Assembly: GCA_019828565.1 (NCBI GenBank)
Contig: JAHDYR010000067.1
Location: 680,994 to 744,993 of the forward strand
DNA: 64,000 bases
Reading direction: 5' to 3'
Source: Carpediemonas membranifera BICM
Taxonomy: Eukaryota; Protista; Fornicata
Shown here: positions 55,694-64,000 of the stretch, one piece after another
Position numbering within the stretch: position 1 is the stretch's first letter
Layout: every line of letters begins with the position of its first letter
Position numbers and translations under genes: made by a program
The notes under the pieces: generated by a model
The model's input: only the letters and a program-made list of their open reading frames with translations
Databases searched by the model: none
What the model was told of the DNA's origin: nothing

Positions 55694-57111
55694 AGCATAA
55701 ACTGCACGGGTCCAGGTCGGCAACCGTTGCCGACCTGGAAGCCGCTCCTTGGGCGTTGAAGAACAGAAGAGAAAGCGATCAGCGATGCTTTTATGCAGTA
55801 TTAAGCAGGTTGTGCGCGTCAAATGTCCGGTAATGCATTCGTCACCATCTAATCAACATCAACTCTTTTTCTCGGCAATGCAGAGGAGAATGCCCGTCAC
55901 TAAAGGATGATTTGGTACTGAATAAACATTATAATGAGACTGGAATGCTTGTGGACACGAAAACAGCAATGACAACATCGGGAGCAAGACAAGAAGATGA
56001 TTCAGATTTATGAGGGAGAGGACGCCAGGGATGACGGCGCCAGGGATGAGGCGCCAGGATGAGGGCGCCAGGATTACCTTAAGCTCTGCCGACCTGGTGG
56101 CTTTACAAAAAGCTCAGGATGAGGATGGTCCAGCTCCACGACCAGCGTAATCCCGATGGGGTCGACACGGGGGAGGGTGAGTCTGACGATGAGGCGCTGT
56201 TTGACGAGACAGCTGGCGAGGCAGAGATGCCGGAGACCGCAGTGGAGGGCGAGTTTGACGATGAGGCCGGGTTGGAGATGCTGGAAGGAGAGTGGGAGGA
56301 TGAGGAGAGTTCAGACAGCGATGCCGAGGATAGCCTCGTCGACAACCTGTCATTTCTTCAGTCACAACAGGTTGAGTGTGATATGTCTGAGAGAGATACC
56401 GATGAGGGTGTCCGTAGCGGGGCCAATGGAAGTGGGCTCGCTCCGCTCTATGACTCAATGAAGACCAGGGTGCCCAGCAGACGCATTCGCCTTCGCCGCT
56501 ATCACGAGAGCGAGTCAGACTTGGGCAGCAGCAGCGACAGCGAGGACGGGATGCCGAAGCTGCCCGTTGAGGCCTTTGAGCACATCCGTGATGCCGGGAT
56601 GACAACTGTGAGGCTGACGAGGGCCGAGTATGACGACGTGATGGAGAAGAGAGAGCAGGAAAAGCACCAGAAGTAAATGGCGAGTGATTATCAACTGGAT
56701 GCAGAGGCTGAGCGGCGTAACTAGCCTGCCAGGGTCCTTGCACACAGTATGTGTCTTGGCCAAGCTTGACTTCGTCGGTTGGCCGAAAAAGCATAAACTG
56801 CACGGGTCCAGGTCGGCAACCGTTGCCGACCTGGAAGCCGCTCCTTGGGCGTTGAAGAACAGAAGAGAAAGCGATCAGCGATGCTTTTATGCAGTATTAA
56901 GCAGGTTGTGCGCGTCAAATGTCCGGTAATGCATTCGTCACCATCTAATCAACATCAACTCTTTTTCTCGGCAATGCAGAGGAGAATGCCCGTCACTAAA
57001 GGATGATTTGGTACTGAATAAACATTATAATGAGACTGGAATGCTTGTGGACACGAAAACAGCAATGACAACATCGGGAGCAAGACAAGAAGATGATTCA
57101 GATTTATGAGG
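55694..57111 (+). repeat. 1.1-kb repeat array (one unit fewer than in copy 1)
   Basis: A single acidic ORF at 56119-56676 between the OTU and 424-aa genes. Confidence 0.93.
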
Positions 57112-57237
57112 ACGCTGAAGAGGCCATGGTGAATCGACCGGGGACCCTGGCCTGCCATCTTCCTTCGTAAACAGTACGTCTGGTGCTCCCATGGTTGTTC
57201 CCAAGGTTCTTGTTCTTCGCGCATTGCTGGAATCGAC

Positions 57238-58512
57238 ATGGAAAGCAATTACATGCTTCAGGAGCTTCACTGCCTCACTGGTACGTCCTATCGTATGCGA
57301 CGGGACAAGTTATCTGAGAAATCGGTCCTCGTTGTCAACCGTTTCAACGATTCCGCCCGTGGACGTGCCGAGGAGCTCTTTCTCGCCGCTCTTGAGCTTG
57401 CTCCAGCCTCTAACGTGTTCGAGGAACGCGATGAGCCCATTGTGCGCAAGGCAGCTCCGCAACCTGCTGAGAAGCGCGTTCGCTCCGCCGATTGCGCAGA
57501 GCAAGTCGATTATCCTGCCAAGCCTTCAGACCGAGCCCTGCGCGCAGCCAGGCGCGCAGCTGGCGACGCCGCTACATCCCTCGCCGGCCCATCTCCCACC
57601 GGTTCTGCTGCCAGACAGCTTTCAGCGGATGACCCGTGCTCTGGCACCCGCTCGGCTGTCCCTTCCATGTCCCTCGCCGAGTCAGCTTCTTCTGGCTCTG
57701 TTGGTAGCTCGTCTGTGGCCATCGCCGACACTGGTGCATCCGCATCCGCCATAACTCCCACTGCCCGCGCCAAGGCGCCGAAGCGCAAGCTTCCTTTCCT
57801 TACCAGTGAGATTGATGTGGAGCAGTTCCTAAGCTCGTGGGCTAGTTCCACCAAGCTTGAGGCAGCCGGCGCCAGGGAGCTGAAGTTTATATCCAAGTCG
57901 GACCTGAAGTCGGTCATTCGGAATGAGAGGGTCCAGAGTGTCGAGCGCATCTGCAACATCGCATGGGTGGCATATCAGATGGAGCTCTACAATGAGCTGG
58001 AGAATGACGGTGTGGCCATCGACGACTGCATCGTCCCGACCGAGCAGCTGGAGGTACTGCAGGCTAGGGTTAGCGAGGCCTTGATGCGACCCACCAGAGA
58101 ACTTATCGATGGAACTCGGAAGGTGTGGAATTACAGGGCGACGTACGCCGGCATGGTCAAGTCGATTTGTGACTCCATGGCAACGATGTTGTTCATCGAC
58201 CCTGGGACCGTCACGCGACACTATATTCTCGTGGTGAGATACATGATTCTCTTCCCCAATCTCTTCTGGGACCTGCTCTCGAGCCACTGTCTGCCTGACA
58301 CCATCGCTTACACCAACGTTGTCATGGATGTTGGTCTGAAGAATCTTTTGCTTGACACCCCTGCCGAGGATGACTCGTCCCTCACCACGCTCATCCAGAA
58401 GAAGTTTGAGGGCGATGACAGAAGAGTTGTCATTTATAAGGCGATTGGAACAGCTGATGAGGAAGTTGTCTCAACTGGGGCAGTTCCTCAGGTCGAAGAG
58501 CCTGACGAGTAA
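57238..58512 (+). CDS. Hypothetical protein, 424 aa, copy 2
   Basis: Identical protein to 25932-27206. Confidence 0.7.
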   Translation: MESNYMLQELHCLTGTSYRMRRDKLSEKSVLVVNRFNDSARGRAEELFLAALELAPASNVFEERDEPIVRKAAPQPAEKRVRSADCAEQVDYPAKPSDRALRAARRAAGDAATSLAGPSPTGSAARQLSADDPCSGTRSAVPSMSLAESASSGSVGSSSVAIADTGASASAITPTARAKAPKRKLPFLTSEIDVEQFLSSWASSTKLEAAGARELKFISKSDLKSVIRNERVQSVERICNIAWVAYQMELYNELENDGVAIDDCIVPTEQLEVLQARVSEALMRPTRELIDGTRKVWNYRATYAGMVKSICDSMATMLFIDPGTVTRHYILVVRYMILFPNLFWDLLSSHCLPDTIAYTNVVMDVGLKNLLLDTPAEDDSSLTTLIQKKFEGDDRRVVIYKAIGTADEEVVSTGAVPQVEEPDE

Positions 58513-58536
58513 ACTATATCCATTGATTTATCAGTG

Positions 58537-59450
58537 TTACTTACCAAACCGAGTAAAGGAGCTACGGGTAAACTGCTCCAACAGCTTTCGAGCCTGAGGC
58601 GAAGGCTGCGGACAATACCAGCTGCGAGTAGTTTTGTTTTCGACCAGATTGTTTTTGTTTGGCGTCTGCAGTCGCCTCGCACGGTTTCTGCCAAGTTCTG
58701 GTCACCCACGGCTCCTCCCACTTGGTGAGGTGATAGCCGGACTCAAACTTGGAGATAGAGTCTATGGCATAGTGCATCACAGTGTCAGTGAGCTGAACAG
58801 CAGTCACCTCTCCAGTGACGAGATCGGCTGTGCTCGTAAAGTTGGCCCAGTCAATAAAGTCCTTGAAGACTTCAGGAGAAATCTTGCGAAGGGCATAGTG
58901 CTCCCACCAGACCGTGAAAGCAGTAGGATGGCTGACGATTGCGTAAGCCCTCTTGGCCACACTCGTCGGTGCGATGGTAATGCACGCCTTCCTGACCTTG
59001 TCGCTCGGTAGTCTCATGCGCCTCACCTTAGCAGCAATGTCACACCAAACAACCAAGTCCTGCACGTCTTTGAGCAGTGCGAGGGTGGTGTCGATCGACA
59101 TTGACGACGGATCACCAGCACCGAAACCTGCGAAGACTGTCGTCTGAATGTCGACTGCCACAGAGCCCGAGAACGACACAAGAAGGCTGTTCGTTCTCTC
59201 CATCATCCACTTACTGCCACACTGAGTGCATAGCCAAGCGGAAAAGAACGAGCTGCGGACATCGGCCCTGATTTTGGCTGTGTTACCGTTATTCTCGCCC
59301 TCGTTAAGCCTACTGATTGTGAATAGCGAGTACTTGTCCATAAAGAGCTCAAAAGCTTCCTTAAAAAGCCGTTGTCTCTTGCTGTTGGGTGCTTGACGTG
59401 ATAGTGTTCATTTCCATCCGTGCAGAGCCCAGCCGAACGTCTCTAGACAT
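58537..59450 (-). CDS. Hypothetical ~303-aa protein, copy 2 (homopolymer frameshifts)
   Basis: Matches 27231-28142. Confidence 0.55.
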
Positions 59451-59453
59451 AGT

Positions 59454-60763
59454 CTGAGCAGCGTAACTAGCCTGCCAGGGTCCGTGTACACAGTATGTGT
59501 CTTGGCCAAGCTTGACTTCGTCGGTTGGCCGAAAAAGCATAAACTGCACGGGTCCAGGTCGGCAACCGTTGCCGACCTGGAAGCCGCTCCTTGGGCGTTG
59601 AAGAACAGAAGAGAAAGCGATCAGCGATGCTTTTATGCAGTATTAAGCAGGTTGTGCGCGTCAAATGTCCGGTAATGCATTCGTCACCATCTAATCAACA
59701 TCAACTCTTTTTCTCGGCAATGCAGAGGAGAATGCCCGTCACTAAAGGATGATTTGGTACTGAATAAACATTATAATGAGACTGGAATGCTTGTGGACAC
59801 GAAAACAGCAATGACAACATCGGGAGCAAGACAAGAAGATGATTCAGATTTATGAGGGAGAGGACGCCAGGGATGACGGCGCCAGGGATGAGGCGCCAGG
59901 ATGAGGGCGCCAGGATTACCTTAAGCTCTGCCGACCTGGTGGCTTTACAAAAAGCTCAGGATGAGGATGGTCCAGCTCCACGACCAGCGTAATCCCGATG
60001 GGGTCGACACGGGGAGGGTGAGTCTGACGATGAGGCGCTGTTTGACGAGACAGCTGGCGAGGCAGAGATGCCGGAGACCGCAGTGGAGGGCGAGTTTGAC
60101 GATGAGGCCGGGTTGGAGATGCTGGAAGGAGAGTGGGAGGATGAGGAGAGTTCAGACAGCGATGCCGAGGATAGCCTCGTCGACAACCTGTCATTTCTTC
60201 AGTCACAACAGGTTGAGTGTGATATGTCTGAGAGAGATACCGATGAGGGTGTCCGTAGCGGGGCCAATGGAAGTGGGCTCGCTCCGCTCTATGACGCTAT
60301 GAAGACCAGGGAGCCCAGCAGACGCATTCGCCTTCGCCGCTATCACGAGAGCGAGTCAGACTTGGGCAGCAGCAGCGACAGCGAGGACGGGATGCCGAAG
60401 CTGCCCGTTGAGGCCTTTGAGCACATCCGTGATGCCGGGATGACAACTGTGAGGCTGACGAGGGCCGAGTATGACGACGTGATGGAGAAGAGAGAGCAGG
60501 AAAAGCACCAGAAGTAAATGGCGAGTGATTATCAACTGGATGCAGAGGCTGAGCGGCGTAACTAGCCTGCCAGGGTCCTTGTACACAGTATGTGTCTTGG
60601 CCAAGCTTGACTTCGTCGGTTGGCCGAAAAAGCATAAACTGTACGGGTCCAGGTCGGCAACCGTTGCCGACCTGGAAGCCGCTCCTTGGGCGTTGAAGAA
60701 CAGAAGAGAAAGCGATCAGCGATGCTTTTTATGCAGTATTAAGCAGGTTGTGCGCGTCAAATG
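59454..60763 (+). repeat. ~1.2 units of the 1.1-kb repeat
   Basis: Acidic ORF ends at 60517; two palindromes. Confidence 0.93.
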
Positions 60764-61116
60764 CTTGGTAATGCCTTTCCCCGCAAGCTAATCAACATCA
60801 TCATTCTTTCTCTTCCGTATTAATGCGAGCGAACAGCAATAAAGACCATTTGGCACTAACTTAACACTACAATGAGACTGGCAAGCAATGGGAGCACAGA
60901 GACAGTAACAACATCAAGAAGACCTCTCGATTTTACGAGAGGGGCCGAAACGCCGCTGAAGAGGCCGCGGGCCAAGATGTCAGGGAACGAGCGCATGGAG
61001 GGTGCCTGAGCTGCAGCTTAGCTTGCTTATTATTGATTTATAAACGGGTCGAATTCTGAGAACGATGTCGGAAGAAACGATCGTAATCCCCTCGGAGGGT
61101 TCTAGCATGTCTCGTC

Positions 61117-61772
61117 ATGACTATGAGCTGCTGTTTGACAAAAATACCGGCAGACTTGAAGGATATTGACTGGAAGCAGGAGGGTGGCTCGTTCCTGGAC
61201 CGGGACATCACGATAGCGGCCAACGGTGTCTCCAAGAGCGTACAGCTGTACATGACTGATCAGCGCACGCTATATGGAGGCACCGCTGGCAAGGGAATCG
61301 CGTCTCGTGCCGAAATCCCTGCGAAGAGCATCATCGGCCTGTACTGCGGCCGACTGATCGACTTCCAGCCGGATGACCCCACGTACTGCACTCGCGTTGG
61401 CACGACGAAGTTCGCTATGGATGCGTCTTCACTGATGGGCAAGCTTGGAGTCCACACGGTGAACGACAACTCTGCTGTTTGTAACATGCCTCTCCCCCAA
61501 TTATTTAGTACCACAATGTCAGTGCTCTTCTGTGCCATGTTTGTGTGGAGGATGCAGTCTTGCCTGTCATTGTATATGAAGCAAGCGTTGACATTCGTCC
61601 GTTTGAGTTCCTCTCGGTCGCCTACGAAGATGACTATTGGGCTGACCCCTTTGCTTGCCGGCCTCTCGTTGTCGCTGACTTCGAGACACTGCTGACCGAC
61701 AAAGAGATGACGAAGGAAGGCAAGTTGACCTTGGCATTGCAGTTCTTCGACAAGGTATCCACGAAGAAATAA
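61117..61772 (+). CDS. SET-domain protein, copy 2; intron 61477-61508
   Basis: Phase-0 GT..AG intron joins ORFs 61117 and 61545. Confidence 0.72.
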
Positions 61773-62032
61773 ATATCTGTCTGATTGAGTGATAGTCAAG
61801 CGCCACGGGTGATACTACGTCCGCCAACCTTACCTTGCCTTTAAGTATGCCAGTACAAAGCACTCACGTGTTACCTTACCATGTAAACAGAGAAATGTGG
61901 CATTTATCAGTTGAAGCAACGCCCAGCCCACATCAATATGGGCTGTAGGTTACGTTTCTGCTGTCTCTAGACGCGCAGTGATCTCACTTACCACCGAACA
62001 TTTCTTTAGAATTTCGTTCTGAAGAAACCGAT

Positions 62033-62905
62033 ATGAGCTCTGGGGCGAAGGATTCAGCAGGATACGCCAGCATGATGTTTGAAGCGCTACTGAGGATGAT
62101 TCCGAAGCTGCAGGAGTACATCGCGAGGTACCGTGGTGACGGTGGCGAGATGGATCCGGCTATGCTTTTGCAAGCGATCCTACATCGTGTTCCTGATCTT
62201 CACCACGCTGATAAGAGACATATACGCGAGCTGTTGGCAGCTCGAAACTCAATCTGCCACAATCGCGATGTTTCCAGTGCTGCCGATTTTTGCATCCTTT
62301 GAGATGTCGGTCACATGCGTCATGTCGTTTGTGACGCAGAAGGTGGGCCGTGATGACGGCTTCAATGCCTTCATGGAGGCTCTGCACAACGAGGCGAACG
62401 GGGGCCGACCAGGACGCGAGTTCACCCGCAAGCCCCTTCCCGCAGGGACTCCCAGCCTGTCAGGATAGTCGAGAAGCGGGTTGAGGTACCTGTTTACATG
62501 ACTGCGCTGGGTCCTGATCCTGATAAGCCGAGGATGGTGGGAAAATGCCAGCAGTTTTCGCCACAGGGTGAGCATGCAGAGACTCAGACTGTGCGAGACC
62601 TAGAGGAGGCGTCTACTCAGACAGAGCTCTTGGTTGAGCCTGTTAGTACCCTGCGCACGGATGAATTATCTCGACGCGTCGTCAAGACCGCGATGTGCGA
62701 TCTGCTTCGACAGAAGCTGAAGGAGAAGCCACCGATCGTATTAGCAGGGTCATGCGTTGTGTGCGGTGGGTCCGTGGACGATAGAGAGTGGGCCTGCACG
62801 CGACGTGGCACCAAGACGCCGAAGTCTAGCTGCCGAGATTTGTTGAAGCAGGCCACTGTTGATGCTTCAGCCGCAAGAGCAACAAAGAAGGTGCACGACA
62901 CGTAA
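62033..62905 (+). CDS. HEPN-domain protein, copy 2 (frameshifted)
   Basis: RNSICH motif; frameshifts differ in position from copy 1. Confidence 0.58.
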
Positions 62906-63637
62906 GGTATATCTGACGGAAGGCAGTGGCCTGGCTTAACTCGCAGATGGAGAAATAAGATTCAGAGTCAATGGATATGTTTACAGCTTCGCATTCATCT
63001 ATCGTCAGGGTATCCAGATCGGACAGAGATGGTCTTTCAGACTCTGCATCCCCGCTTCGTGCAGGATGCGGTTCGCGTGCCTGACGGTCATGGGGACTAC
63101 CCCAGAGCGAATCAAGGTCCTTGGACATCCAGATAAGGGTCTCAAAGGCAGGGTGATCCACGGCAGCCTCTTGCATCAACTCCTGTAGCGCGGGTCTAAG
63201 TCACGTAGGTCTGCGACATACGATCCCAGCCGGCAGAGAGCAACGACTAGGGCGAGCTGACGGTGGGACTCGGCAATGTCGTACTTCAGAGCACCCGTGA
63301 GCTTGTCGTACTCTTCCTCAGTCAGCACCTGGCGTGCCGGAAGCGTGTGAGTCCTTATCCTGCAAATTAGGTCGGTTTCGGCACCAGCAGTGCGAAGAAG
63401 GCGAACGAGAGCCTGTTGAGGCATCGAGATGGACTTGTACCGTCCAAAACGGCAACAGAAGGACAGAGAGTCCAGAAACTGTTCGAATACGTCACTATTT
63501 TGTCGGATCTCTGTGATAATAACAACATCAGCATCCTCATCGTCGCACTCAAGGTAAACGCACAGTTTTTGATATGTCTGCTTGTATTGCTCCTTCGTAG
63601 AGCGCTTCAGTCCCTCTAGAGCGTGCTTCAGCAGCAT
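62900..63637 (-). CDS. Degenerate tyrosine-recombinase-fold protein A, copy 2
   Basis: First 153 aa identical to 13308-13769; 3' end approximate. Confidence 0.4.
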
Positions 63638-64000
63638 TTCGATCGAGATTAAAAATCACCCGAATTCTGGCTCTGTTCTGGCCGCTGCAGGCACCGCTGG
63701 GCGCGATAGAGCTCGGAGCGGCGTTGTCTCGCCAAAAGAGCATATTGCTCCCGGTGAAAATTTGAACCCACGATCAGGAGCTGGCACGCGAGTCTCTTCC
63801 CTCTATGCCACGACTTATGGAAATCCGCCCTTATTAATCTCCTACAGGAACACTTAGCCACTTTTGGAGGTATGAGCGACCGGGAGGTGGAGATTGACAT
63901 TTATGGTATGGCTACCCCTACTCGGGCAGACTATTATAACGCGAGGCCGATCAGACCTCTGCTGGCAGCTATACTGAGGAGAAAACGAGCCAATCAGCGC

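Larger units (their letters stand above)
43089..64000. mobile_element. Giant TIR transposon, copy 2 (arms reversed relative to copy 1; runs out of the window)
   Basis: TIR at 43089-43162 and the same gene set as copy 1. Position 64000 corresponds to ~12942 of copy 1, so the far TIR is expected ~700 bp past the window end. Confidence 0.9.

Noticed and set aside
62250-64000. Accelerated decay of copy 2 near the window end
   Set aside because: Scattered small indels increasing toward the end look like low-coverage long-read error; this cannot be separated from real mutation here.

Overview
Eukaryotic DNA, probably from a protist with a compact genome (29-52 bp GT-AG introns). The first ~5 kb holds three host genes: an RCC1-like repeat protein, a STE20/OSR1-like kinase and an SH3-SH3-RPEL-RhoGAP. 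The remaining ~59 kb is a nest of mobile elements. A chromodomain-bearing Ty3/Gypsy LTR retrotransposon (5544-35605; 129-bp LTRs; CTGG target-site duplication, TSD) is interrupted twice: by a 5'-truncated LINE (9220-11706; 17-bp TSD) and by a 22.7-kb DNA element (12234-34967) with 74-bp terminal inverted repeats (TIRs) and a 2-bp TSD. A tandem cluster of DIRS-like tyrosine-recombinase retroelements follows (~35610-43088). The last of these is interrupted by a second, near-identical copy of the giant element (43089 to beyond 64000). The giant element is the main finding. It encodes an intact 871-aa DDE transposase with RAG1/Transib/CMC-like motifs, head-to-head with a PHD-finger gene. It also carries SET-domain, OTU-like protease, HEPN, two degenerate tyrosine-recombinase-like and two orphan genes. 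These gene blocks are separated by ~1.1-kb repeats that each carry a 29-bp palindrome, and the central segment is inverted in one copy relative to the other (flip-flop isomers). All domain calls come from motif recognition by eye; no searches were run. Many frameshifts fall in homopolymers and may be long-read errors.
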